64,000 nt of DNA, taken from Fibrobacteria bacterium. Its GTDB lineage: Bacteria > Fibrobacterota > Fibrobacteria > UBA11236 > JADFYW01. The notes below the pieces were generated by a model, which saw nothing but the letters and a program-made list of their open reading frames with translations, did no database searches and had not been told where the DNA came from. A program made the translations under genes and the position numbers. Location: positions 96,001-160,000 of the forward strand of contig JBNKOC010000024.1 in NCBI GenBank assembly GCA_050294405.1, given 5' to 3'. Positions 1 to 9,129 of the stretch are shown here, piece by piece (position 1 is the stretch's first letter; each line of letters begins with the position of its first letter).

Positions 1-287
1 TTTCATCATTTATCTCCATGAGCGAGAATATTATTTAAAGTCGAAATAACCAGAAATTTTTGTCAAAACTTAGTTAAATCTGTGTCTATCCTCGGTGAAA
101 AAATTGCACATTCTATATTAAAACCCCATTTCTAGTCTATTTTCGCCCTTTTTCTGTTACAAAACTGTGACATTGTTTTTTAAGCGGATTTTGGACGCCC
201 TTGCGTCTTTAGGATATGAAAACAACAGCTTCTCATACCGCCACTTTGCTAACAGCTTGGAAAGGCGCACAAATAAAGGAGACCCCA

Positions 288-1496
288 ATGAAGCATTTTA
301 TCTTGTTTAAAAAGACTTTTCCAGCCATGTTAGCCCTGGTATTTATGTTTGCCATGGCAAGTGAAGTCCTGGCAGCTTCAAGTAATGGAATGGAAAAAAG
401 ATCTGTGAAATCCAAAAGCAGCTATAATTCTGGAAAATCTTACAGTTCAAAAAATTCCACCTCTTCAGGTCAAAAATCCTATTCCAAGAAAAGTTCCGGC
501 TATGAAAAATATTCTAACAACAAAAACTCCAGTACCAAAAAAAAAGGATTTGAATCTAAATCCAGGAGCTACGGAGAAAAAAATCAGGAACCCGCTTACA
601 GCAACACTAATTCAAAGCCATATAACAAGTTTAAGCACAACGGTGAAAATAAAACTGTAACCACAAAAACCGTTGAAAAAACTGTTGTTATAAAAAGCGA
701 CAAGCGTAATCCTGGAAAAAAATATGGGCATAAAAAACATTCTAAGAAGAAGGATGATAACCAGCATTATATGGCATCTCCTAAAAAAAATGCGCCTATA
801 GTTAGAAATCATAAGCGCCAAGAGCAGATTATTGTATCACATGGTTCTAAAAATAAACACCATCATGATAGAAACATTAAAGTTTATCGTCCTCATAAAC
901 CCAAGTATGTAAGAAACCATAAAAACCATTGGCACCATTCCGATAAATACCACCCTATACACCACGGGAAAGAACAGTATTACTATCGCCATGGAAAATT
1001 TCACCGAAGACATCACAACCGCTATATCCCTATTGCAGCCCCGTTTGGAGCGCTAGTTATGAGCATTCCCTTTGGGCATATGGAAATCAGCGTGGGTCTC
1101 AACACCTACTATTATTTCGATGGCATTTATTACGAAAGGCACCACTCCAGATACCGCGTAGTGCGCCCCCCTATTGGAGTTTATTTATCTGTGCTGCCCT
1201 TGGGCCACCGCGTAGTATATATATCTGATCATGTATATTTTGAATACAATGGGATTTACTACCGTCGCTGGGATAGCGGCTATATCACCTGCCAACCCCC
1301 TGTGGTAATAGAAAGAGAATTGCCCGTAGCGGACCCTGAAAAAGAAACATTGGTTATCTTAGTTGAAAATTCGAATGGTTCCCGCACTCCGGTAACTCTT
1401 GAAAAAGTTGGAGATTACCAATACAAAGGGGAAAGAGGCGAATATTATGACGGTTTGCCCTCTGAAGAGCAATTGAGAATAGCTTACGGATTTTAA
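288..1496 (+). CDS. DUF6515-like secreted His/Lys-rich protein
   Basis: AAGGAG RBS before ATG 288 (ORF track starts at 216); signal peptide; low-complexity S/K/H-rich N-half; repeated P.G..V..LP.G...YYY..G.YY units; C-terminal NSNGSRTPV...GEYY...P..EQL motif. Confidence 0.6.
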   Translation: MKHFILFKKTFPAMLALVFMFAMASEVLAASSNGMEKRSVKSKSSYNSGKSYSSKNSTSSGQKSYSKKSSGYEKYSNNKNSSTKKKGFESKSRSYGEKNQEPAYSNTNSKPYNKFKHNGENKTVTTKTVEKTVVIKSDKRNPGKKYGHKKHSKKKDDNQHYMASPKKNAPIVRNHKRQEQIIVSHGSKNKHHHDRNIKVYRPHKPKYVRNHKNHWHHSDKYHPIHHGKEQYYYRHGKFHRRHHNRYIPIAAPFGALVMSIPFGHMEISVGLNTYYYFDGIYYERHHSRYRVVRPPIGVYLSVLPLGHRVVYISDHVYFEYNGIYYRRWDSGYITCQPPVVIERELPVADPEKETLVILVENSNGSRTPVTLEKVGDYQYKGERGEYYDGLPSEEQLRIAYGF

Positions 1497-1508
1497 AGGA
1501 GAAGCATC

Positions 1509-1916
1509 ATGAAATTCTTATTAATGTTATTATTAGCAAGCCTTGCCATTGGATGTACCAGCCCTTTACAACCTGAAGTAGCTGAAAACTCGCGGGAAAT
1601 TGAACGACTTAAACGGGAGGTTGAAGAATCCAGAGACAATGTTGCTGGTGCGGTTGAAACAGGCTTTTTAATGGCCGAATTCCAGGTTGAAGGCACAGAT
1701 TACTGGGACATTCCCTTTGATGGAGCTGGCCCGGACTTTGCCTATGCATACCATCGCAAAAACGAAGCTTACATGTGGGAGCCTATTCTGAATTACAATG
1801 TAAGCTACGATGCCTTTGACAGCTACATACGTATTTGGGGAGATGATTTAATTGGCGAAGAGTTTATGATTATTTCTTTTAGGGTCCAAAGAGAATCAGA
1901 AATTGGGGTTGAATAG
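1509..1916 (+). CDS. hypothetical lipoprotein
   Basis: Lipobox LAIG-C; AGGAG RBS; 12 bp after the upstream stop. Confidence 0.65.
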   Translation: MKFLLMLLLASLAIGCTSPLQPEVAENSREIERLKREVEESRDNVAGAVETGFLMAEFQVEGTDYWDIPFDGAGPDFAYAYHRKNEAYMWEPILNYNVSYDAFDSYIRIWGDDLIGEEFMIISFRVQRESEIGVE

Positions 1917-1919
1917 TTT

Positions 1920-2013
1920 TCATAACTGTTCAGGGAGCGGGAGACTTTCCATAAATAAAATGAGGCACATTTTTGAAGGAAGTCTCCGTCTGCTCCAACC
2001 CGACATCTGTTTA
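1920..2013 (-). other. degenerate integron attC-like hairpin (may also act as a bidirectional terminator)
   Basis: Minus strand reads TTGGAGCAGACGGAGACTTCC...GGAAAGTCTCCCGCTCCCTGAACA-GTTATGA: long imperfect inverted repeat ending in a GTT core; no correctly spaced AAC box. Confidence 0.35.
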
Positions 2014-2033
2014 AATCTAGCACTCATGTTTTT

Positions 2034-3437
2034 TTAATTTTTTATTTTCGCCCATCTTTTATTCAGAGCCGAGCGAGTCATGCCAATCATTTGGGCGGCA
2101 ATACTTTGATTCCCCTGCGCCCTTTTCAAGGCCTCCATAACAACAGCATTTTCAATTTCTTTTAAAGTTGGCAGAGGATTCGGCCACAAAAGATTTTCCG
2201 AAACATCAGCCGTTTTGGCGGGACTCAGCCCTTGTTTAGCACCAATCCGCTCCTTAAAACTTTCCATAGAAAGAATTCCTCCCCGATGACGGCCCACGGC
2301 ATCGGAAACCATACTCCTAAGCTCTCTTATATTACCAGGCCAATGGTAAGCCATTAATAGTTTGTACAATTCCTCCGGCGGAGTGGGAGTGTCCTTACCC
2401 ACCTCCGCTGAAATGGATTCTAAAAAATTATCGGTTAAAAGAGGAATGTCCTCCCTTCTATCCTTAAGCGAAGGCAATTCAACCCTGTGATTATGCAGGC
2501 GGTAATAAAGATCAGGCCTAAAACTCCCCTGATTAAATTTTTCCTCAAAATTAATGTTAGTGGCCACCACAATTCGGGCATTGGTTTTTACCTGCACATC
2601 AGAACCAATGGGCAAATACGATTTTTCTTCCAGAAGCCGCAATAGCTTGACCTGAGACTCCATAGCCAGGTCCCCTATCTCGTCCAAAAACAAGGTGCCT
2701 CCATTAGCTTTTGCGATTAGGCCTTCCCGTTCCTTTTCCGCACCTGTAAAGGCTCCTTTAACATGTCCGAAAAGCGTGTCTGAAAACAAGTTGTCGTCAA
2801 GTCCGGCCACATTAACCGCAACAAAATTGCCCTCTCGACCACTGGCATCATGAACAGCCTTTGCTAACATTTCCTTTCCAGTACCTGTTTCTCCCTGTAT
2901 CAAAACTGGAAAAGGCGTTTGAGAGATGGCATCAATATACTGAAAAATAGATTTCATTTTTGAATTGCGTGTCAGAATTCCTTCAAAAGCAAAAGGCGAT
3001 TTTAATTTTCCGGTTAATAAGGTTTTTGTAAGTTGTTTTTTTTCTTCATTCAGGGAATAATAGTCCATGGCCCTTTTTACAGTAGTCACAAGCCTGGTTT
3101 TATCCACAGGCTTTACCAGATAGTCAAAAGCCCCCATTTTCATGCATCCTACCGCAGTATCCACTTCACTTAATGCGGTCATCATCACCACAGGTATATG
3201 AGGGTGTTTTTCCACTATTAGCGGCAGCAATTCCGTTCCGCTGAGGGCGGGCATCATAACATCTAAAACAATGGCAGCGTACTCTTTTAAAGCTAAAAGT
3301 TCCAATACTTTTTGGGAGTCCGCACATCTATCCACATTTTGAATGCCGGATGTCCTCAAAGCCATGGAACTGCTTTGAAGAATTTGCAATTCATCATCTA
3401 CTAACAATACGGCTGACGAAAAACTTTCCTTATCCAT
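2034..3437 (-). CDS. NtrC-family sigma54-dependent response regulator (REC, AAA+, Fis HTH)
   Basis: LLVDDE and IVLDVMMP receiver; GETGTGKE Walker A; intact GAFTGA; LFLDEIG; WPGNIREL; GNQSIAAQMIGMTRSAL HTH. Confidence 0.95.
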   Translation of the reverse strand: MDKESFSSAVLLVDDELQILQSSSMALRTSGIQNVDRCADSQKVLELLALKEYAAIVLDVMMPALSGTELLPLIVEKHPHIPVVMMTALSEVDTAVGCMKMGAFDYLVKPVDKTRLVTTVKRAMDYYSLNEEKKQLTKTLLTGKLKSPFAFEGILTRNSKMKSIFQYIDAISQTPFPVLIQGETGTGKEMLAKAVHDASGREGNFVAVNVAGLDDNLFSDTLFGHVKGAFTGAEKEREGLIAKANGGTLFLDEIGDLAMESQVKLLRLLEEKSYLPIGSDVQVKTNARIVVATNINFEEKFNQGSFRPDLYYRLHNHRVELPSLKDRREDIPLLTDNFLESISAEVGKDTPTPPEELYKLLMAYHWPGNIRELRSMVSDAVGRHRGGILSMESFKERIGAKQGLSPAKTADVSENLLWPNPLPTLKEIENAVVMEALKRAQGNQSIAAQMIGMTRSALNKRWAKIKN

Positions 3438-3446
3438 TAGTCTCCC

Positions 3447-5591
3447 CTATTCGGCCATGTTCATTACGGGCAAGGTTAATATTACGGAAGTTCCTTTTCC
3501 AGGTTTCGATTCATAATTTAAATCTCCACCATGATCTTTTACGATGCTGTAAGTAATAGATAATCCCAATCCCGTGCCTCCGCTGTCGCGCTTGGTGGTA
3601 AAAAAAGGATCCATGATATGGGTTAAATCTTCAGGAGAGATGCCTTTTCCAGTATCTTTTATTTCAATAATAACTTTTTCCGCTTTGGAATAAACCCGGA
3701 TGTCAATTTTTGCCTCCTTTGATTCCAGTGCCTGGCAGGCGTTGCTAATAAGGTTAATTACCACTTGTTCCAGCTGCTGGAAGTTTCCCTTTATATAAGG
3801 CAAATCTTCAGGACAGTCCCAATTAAAATGATGGGTTGATTTTTTTATCAAATTTGTAAGAATGGTCACCGAGGCATCTAGTACATCATAAATTCGAACT
3901 TTCTCATTAAGACTTCCTGGATCTTTTCTGGAAAAGTTTTTAAGGCTATCCACAATTTTGCGAATCCGTTCGGACCCATCCGTTATGCTGCTAATTAAGG
4001 GGGCAATTTCTTCTCTTATCTCCGAATAAGGCAGCCCACTAACATTAAAATCGCCCTTTTCTTTATAATACTTATCCAGCAAGGGCTGCAAATCCTTCCA
4101 TATATCGGTAAGGTTATTGCTGTTTAGCAACATATAGTTGTTGGGGTTATTTATTTCGTGGGCAACTCCAGAAACCAATATTCCCAAGGTGGACATTTTG
4201 TCAGCTTGAATTAATTCCTTTTGTTGGCGGGTATTTAATTCTTCAGCTTGTTTGCGGACCTCCATTTCTTTTTCGAGCTTGCGGATGGTTTCTTCTTGAG
4301 TTTCAGACAAAAGAGACAATTTATGCTGGGTTTCGGTAAACTCTCTGGCAAGATATACAGACATGCAAATAAGTAAACCCAATATGCCATACAAATAGGG
4401 ATAATCCATTCCGAAAATACCTAAAGGTAAAACTCCTACTCCACATAACATTTGAATGGCGCACAACACTCCAAAAATACTGTAGCCCACACTTATAATC
4501 CGAAAGCCCTCGATTTGTTTAAAGCGGGCCTGAATGCTCACCCGTGTGGATTCAATTATGATTATCAGGCCAAATACATATAATTCAAAAGTGGATAAAT
4601 ACCAGCTAAAAAGGGCGAAGAAAATTCCCACTCCAAGAAATATTTTGTACTGAGGAGGGAGATTGGGGTAAAACAAACCATATTGGAAGCGAAGCACCGA
4701 TATAAATATAAGTATAAGTGAAAGCTTAAAACCAATAAAATATATATGGCTTAGCAGCAAAGGAACATTTATAGTGGTTCCCATCACAAAAAAAGTGAGC
4801 CCAGCGCATGCGAAAGTAAAAATGGCATAATGCAAATTGGAGCGTAACTTGCGATTATAAAAAAACAATAAAAAATGAATAAGGGTAAATGTTAAGGGGA
4901 CCCCGGTAAAAAACCAGCGGTTAATGGCTTGTTTTTTAATTTTTTTATCCTGATCAATTAGGAACATTTCCTGATCAATGAGGCTAAGGACAAATCCAAT
5001 GGGAATGTCATCTCTGGAGTTCATCCAGCTGGGATGATGGCTGTAACGGATGGCCAAGGTATGTATTTCACTATCGGTATAAACTACGGAGTTGGGTTTG
5101 GCAATTTCCCATTGCACCCTGCATTCTTCTCCTTCTTTGTCAGGGGAAACTTTTCCAATTTGGGTCCACAACCGCCCATCGATGTATATTTCCATGGCGC
5201 AACTTTGCCGGGTGGTTAAAAATAAAGGCCTGTTTAACAAACTACTGTCCGCCTGAAATTTTAATCTAAACCAACCTATTCCATTCCATTGTTTGGACAC
5301 CTCCGAATTTTCCATTAAACGGGTATCCCTCATTAAAGGCCAATTGGAGTCATCAAATTCGGGATTGGCCCACTCCGGATTATCCCCCAATTGGTATTTA
5401 ACTTGGGGGTCGAGTTTACTAACTCCCTCAAAACTCATAATATCCTTAAGAGCGATATGTAAAACGTTATCAGAGGCTACAGCCTTGAAGCCCATTAGCG
5501 CCAATACCCCTAGTAGGGAAAATAAAAGCTGTTTCAATAATCCTTTGTAATTCACATTAGGTTCCACTGAAATAATATTTAAAGAATACAC
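3447..5591 (-). CDS. membrane sensor histidine kinase with periplasmic sugar-binding-like jelly-roll domain and about 7 TM helices
   Basis: GDNPEWANPEFDDSNW...WNGIGWFR sensor motif; hydrophobic helices; GVAHEINNP H-box; NLISNA, DTGKGI, PFFTTK and GTGLGL boxes; 9 bp from the regulator gene. Confidence 0.92.
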   Translation of the reverse strand: MYSLNIISVEPNVNYKGLLKQLLFSLLGVLALMGFKAVASDNVLHIALKDIMSFEGVSKLDPQVKYQLGDNPEWANPEFDDSNWPLMRDTRLMENSEVSKQWNGIGWFRLKFQADSSLLNRPLFLTTRQSCAMEIYIDGRLWTQIGKVSPDKEGEECRVQWEIAKPNSVVYTDSEIHTLAIRYSHHPSWMNSRDDIPIGFVLSLIDQEMFLIDQDKKIKKQAINRWFFTGVPLTFTLIHFLLFFYNRKLRSNLHYAIFTFACAGLTFFVMGTTINVPLLLSHIYFIGFKLSLILIFISVLRFQYGLFYPNLPPQYKIFLGVGIFFALFSWYLSTFELYVFGLIIIIESTRVSIQARFKQIEGFRIISVGYSIFGVLCAIQMLCGVGVLPLGIFGMDYPYLYGILGLLICMSVYLAREFTETQHKLSLLSETQEETIRKLEKEMEVRKQAEELNTRQQKELIQADKMSTLGILVSGVAHEINNPNNYMLLNSNNLTDIWKDLQPLLDKYYKEKGDFNVSGLPYSEIREEIAPLISSITDGSERIRKIVDSLKNFSRKDPGSLNEKVRIYDVLDASVTILTNLIKKSTHHFNWDCPEDLPYIKGNFQQLEQVVINLISNACQALESKEAKIDIRVYSKAEKVIIEIKDTGKGISPEDLTHIMDPFFTTKRDSGGTGLGLSITYSIVKDHGGDLNYESKPGKGTSVILTLPVMNMAE

Positions 5592-5613
5592 ATTTAAGGC
5601 ATCAAGAAAAAGA

Positions 5614-5629
5614 TGTGAAAATTTTCCCA
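5614..5629. promoter_or_regulatory. TGTGAA-N4-TTCCCA box, variant of the 14796/14879 palindrome
   Basis: TGTGAAAATTTTCCCA lies 23 bp upstream of the kinase GTG start. Confidence 0.4.
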
Positions 5630-5705
5630 GCTTGGATAGGAATCGAACCTCTTAAAATGGTGAAAAAAAGCAAATTCTATATTTAGAAATATTTATAATG
5701 AAATT

Positions 5706-6299
5706 ATGGCAGGAAACTTTCCGGAAATTGAAAAATATTTGTTGAGATTTGAAAATTTTTCTCAAGATGAAATAAACCAAATCCAATCTAGGTTGGTACC
5801 GAAAAGTTTCAAGAAAAAAGCCTTTGTCCTTTCAGAAGGGGAGAAATGCAACTATTGGTATTTTGTGGTTAAAGGCTTAGTTAGATGTTTTTACATCAAC
5901 GAAAAAAATAAAGAGCAGATTATTCGATTTGCCATTGAAAATTGGTGGTTCACTAACTTAGAGAGCGTAATTAAAAAAAGCCCTTCACAGTTTTATATTC
6001 AGACCCTGGAACCCACCCAATTGCTACTTTTGGAAAATAAACAGTTGGAAGATCTTTATGTAAAAATCCCGAAATTAAACAAAGTTTTTCGCAAAATTTC
6101 CGAAAAAACATTGATGGCCCTTCAAGCCAGATACGAATTTAAAATGGCTAAAACCAGCAAAGATAGGTATCAGAATTTTTTAGATGAATTACCTGGATTT
6201 TCCCAGAGAATTCCACAGTACATGCTCGCTTCCTATTTGAATATTTCACCAGAATATTTAAGCAGCCTATATAAAAGTAAAAGCAAAAAAACATCTTAG
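5706..6299 (+). CDS. Crp/Fnr family transcriptional regulator (Bacteroidota-type)
   Basis: cNMP-binding-like YFVVKGLVRCF; RIPQYMLASYLNISPEYLS HTH. Confidence 0.9.
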   Translation: MAGNFPEIEKYLLRFENFSQDEINQIQSRLVPKSFKKKAFVLSEGEKCNYWYFVVKGLVRCFYINEKNKEQIIRFAIENWWFTNLESVIKKSPSQFYIQTLEPTQLLLLENKQLEDLYVKIPKLNKVFRKISEKTLMALQARYEFKMAKTSKDRYQNFLDELPGFSQRIPQYMLASYLNISPEYLSSLYKSKSKKTS

Positions 6300-6303
6300 A
6301 ATC

Positions 6304-6317
6304 TTAAGCTATCTTAA
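6304..6317. promoter_or_regulatory. putative Crp/Fnr operator TTAAG-N4-CTTAA
   Basis: Perfect 5-4-5 palindrome (Fnr-box geometry) right after the regulator stop and upstream of the CMD gene. Confidence 0.5.
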
Positions 6318-6395
6318 TTTTTTGCAGCAAAGCTTTGGTTAACTTAAAAATATCTCAGGAGAGATGCTCATTTTTGTTTAACCAAAGGAATAATT

Positions 6396-6848
6396 GTGGA
6401 AAGAATAAGCTATAACGAAACACCCCCTGAAATTTATACCCAATTGCTAAAAGTGAATAAAATGATTGATGATTCGAAAATTTCTTTCAATCTATTGGAA
6501 CTTATTCGACTAAGGGTAGCCCAAATAAATAATTGTGCTTATTGTGTGGATATGCACTACAAAATCCTAAAAAAACTAGGAGAATCGGAACTTAGATTAT
6601 CTTCTTTATGTATATGGCGGGATTGCCCCTACTATACTGAACCGGAAAATTGCGTGTTAAATTACGCAGAACATATTCTGGGCAAAGCTACCGCATCAAA
6701 ACAAGAAAAAGACATTATTATGCCTTTATTTAAACATTTTAATAAATCGGAAGTTTCATTTCTTGCACTTGCAGTAGGGCAAATAAACAGCTGGACAGTT
6801 TTAATGAAAACCTTTAATACCACTCCGGGTAATTATGTCGCAAAATAA
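6396..6848 (+). CDS. carboxymuconolactone decarboxylase / AhpD-like protein
   Basis: LELIRLRVAQINNCAYCVDMH (CxxC) signature; AAGGA RBS with GTG start. Confidence 0.9.
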   Translation: MERISYNETPPEIYTQLLKVNKMIDDSKISFNLLELIRLRVAQINNCAYCVDMHYKILKKLGESELRLSSLCIWRDCPYYTEPENCVLNYAEHILGKATASKQEKDIIMPLFKHFNKSEVSFLALAVGQINSWTVLMKTFNTTPGNYVAK

Positions 6849-6871
6849 TGCAATCTTATTATTTTTGCTAG

Positions 6872-7945
6872 GTGAATAGTAAATCTGGAAAATACATCCT
6901 TTTTGGTTTGGGATTATTTGCCCTTCCCCTTATTTGGTCCGGGGAGGCCCAAAAAAAGCCTCCTCGCTTTGCTTTAATGCCCATAATAATGAAAACAGAA
7001 GCAACTGGTTTTGGTGCGGGCGCAGCTGGAATGTACTTTCCTCCACAAAAAGACACGCTTTCCCATAAATCCCATTTTAGATTCATTGGCATTTATGCAG
7101 CTAAAGGCCAATGGGTTCTAGCGGGATCTCCTGATGTGTGGTTATTTCAAAATAAGTACCATTTAACTGGAGATTTAATTTATCAATATTGGCCATCTGA
7201 CTACTACGAAATAGGAAATAATTCAGGGGATAATTTTGACGGAATTTTGAAGACCTCCTTTAGCAATGTGTTGGGTTTGGAACGGGGTTGGAAAGAGACA
7301 TACTATTTAGGAGGCGAGCTCGAATATACTTTTGAAAAAATTCGCTACCCTGATTCGGGAATTGTTAGTGCTACCCTTCCCACCGGTTATGAGGGGGGGA
7401 ATATTTTTGTGCAATCGTTAATATTTTCTTATGACACAAGAAATCATGCCCAGTTTCCAACAAAGGGAACATTTTTCAAATATAAATTAGGTCTTAGTCA
7501 AAACTGGTTCGTGTCCGATTTCAATTTTTTACGCCAATACTATCGGCTGTCAAAATATTTCCCCACTGGAAAGCTCTCCACTTTTGCGGTGGGATTAGTT
7601 GGTGAAAATTATTTTGGAGCTCCCCCCTTATCTGTTATGCCTACTCCCAATGGGGAGAGTGTTTTAAGGGGAATAAAAAATGGCCGTTATTCCGATAAAA
7701 ACTTATTTGCTTTGCTGTCGGAATACCGCTTTCCCATTTGGAAAATTATTGATGGAGGTCTTTTTGGAGAAATGGCCCAGGTAGCTCCCAAACCATTTGA
7801 TTTTGGATGGGAGCGTTTTCACTATGGGGTTGGTGCCGGAATTCATCTGGCTGTGGTTCCCAGCGAAAGGATACATATTCGCTTCGATGTATCCTATGTG
7901 GACGATGGCACCCGTTTTATCATCGCCATGCTGGATGCTTTTTAG
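6872..7945 (+). CDS. Omp85/BamA-TamA family barrel-only outer membrane protein
   Basis: Signal peptide; YDTRNH..FPTKG and LRG..NGRY.D motifs; terminal Phe; no POTRA-length N-terminus. Confidence 0.8.
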   Translation: MNSKSGKYILFGLGLFALPLIWSGEAQKKPPRFALMPIIMKTEATGFGAGAAGMYFPPQKDTLSHKSHFRFIGIYAAKGQWVLAGSPDVWLFQNKYHLTGDLIYQYWPSDYYEIGNNSGDNFDGILKTSFSNVLGLERGWKETYYLGGELEYTFEKIRYPDSGIVSATLPTGYEGGNIFVQSLIFSYDTRNHAQFPTKGTFFKYKLGLSQNWFVSDFNFLRQYYRLSKYFPTGKLSTFAVGLVGENYFGAPPLSVMPTPNGESVLRGIKNGRYSDKNLFALLSEYRFPIWKIIDGGLFGEMAQVAPKPFDFGWERFHYGVGAGIHLAVVPSERIHIRFDVSYVDDGTRFIIAMLDAF

Positions 7946-7947
7946 TG

Positions 7948-9111
7948 TTACTCATATTTGAAAAAACCATAGACCAATTTGTGATCCAGCCCTCGGGATG
8001 TTAAAGCAGACCATTCCACCCGCCAATCCTGGGATGTGCATCTTATCACAAAATGCTCCATTTTTTTATTTTTAGGAAGTTTGATAGCTACAATGGGTAA
8101 ATCGCCAGGGCTATCTTCGGTGTTGAAGTTTAGCAAATCGTCCCAGTCCGATTCCACATCATCCAGGTTGGTATAAAACCAGCTGTAAAATAAGTCTTCC
8201 TTATGTACTTTTTCATTGGGAGAACGATAGCTTTGCTGACTGTTATTTGAAGTAGCCATAGCAAAAAAGGATTGTTTTTCCCCCACTTCAAGCGTATCGT
8301 ATACCAAGTCTCCTTCCAAATCTTCACCGTAAGTTTTGAAGTAAAGGGTATCCGAATCATAATTTTTAATTTCTTTGGGATCCGTAATATCCTTGTGGTA
8401 AACCCGGATAATGGCAATGGAATCTATAACGGGATTTTCGTTTACATTGGAAATGAAGTCTCCACTTTCCAACCTATTGCTGTAGCGGATACTCAAATTT
8501 TTGGTTACGTCCAAAGAAAAACCCGGAGAGCGGACTTTAGCCCTGAGTTGAACCAAGGCCACCATGTTATCCACCAAAGGAGACAACTCATTGGGAAGGC
8601 TTTGGTTGTTTTCAAAGGCTTCTACTAAATCCTCCCTTGATATATCGCCTCCATTTACATCCACTCCAATATTTCCCAATTGGCTTTTCACATCTCCGTC
8701 CACATCTTCTTCCTGTAAAATCACCTGCGGCAAAATGGAAGATAATAACAGGGGATTTTGATTGCCGGTTGGAACCACAAAGGAAAACTCAAGCCCATTT
8801 TCACTTTGGTTTATTAACATGTTTTCTTCCTCCATATTTAAAACATAGTTTACAACCGGAAGGGCGTCGTAATTGTCGATTTGGTATTCCAGACCCAATT
8901 CCCAATCCACATTGTATTCCTTGTCCGCATCATACATTTTTAAGATAACATGCACCGTGTCGCCGGGAGCTGCTTCTGGGGGATCCAGGACTATGGCAAA
9001 GGGCCGGATTTTTTGACCTTCTATGACATTATCATATTTTTCTGGAAAATCTGCGCAGCCCACCATTATGGCTGCAGCAAGTATAATTGTGATATTCAAT
9101 AATTTTTTCAT
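7948..9111 (-). CDS. lipoprotein co-encoded with the TonB-dependent receptor
   Basis: Lipobox MVG-C; AIVLDPPEAAPGDTV motif; acidic; last gene of the TonB operon. Confidence 0.75.
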   Translation of the reverse strand: MKKLLNITIILAAAIMVGCADFPEKYDNVIEGQKIRPFAIVLDPPEAAPGDTVHVILKMYDADKEYNVDWELGLEYQIDNYDALPVVNYVLNMEEENMLINQSENGLEFSFVVPTGNQNPLLLSSILPQVILQEEDVDGDVKSQLGNIGVDVNGGDISREDLVEAFENNQSLPNELSPLVDNMVALVQLRAKVRSPGFSLDVTKNLSIRYSNRLESGDFISNVNENPVIDSIAIIRVYHKDITDPKEIKNYDSDTLYFKTYGEDLEGDLVYDTLEVGEKQSFFAMATSNNSQQSYRSPNEKVHKEDLFYSWFYTNLDDVESDWDDLLNFNTEDSPGDLPIVAIKLPKNKKMEHFVIRCTSQDWRVEWSALTSRGLDHKLVYGFFKYE

Positions 9112-9129
9112 GATACTAAAACTCCTGTA

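Noticed and set aside
94..110. GGTGAAAAAATTGCACA as another enhancer box
   Set aside because: Extra base breaks the symmetry and no valid sigma54 promoter follows
191..205. TTGGACGCCCTTGC as a sigma54 promoter
   Set aside because: GG to GC spacing is 8, not 10
216..287. ORF-track start at 216
   Set aside because: RBS and signal peptide favour ATG 288
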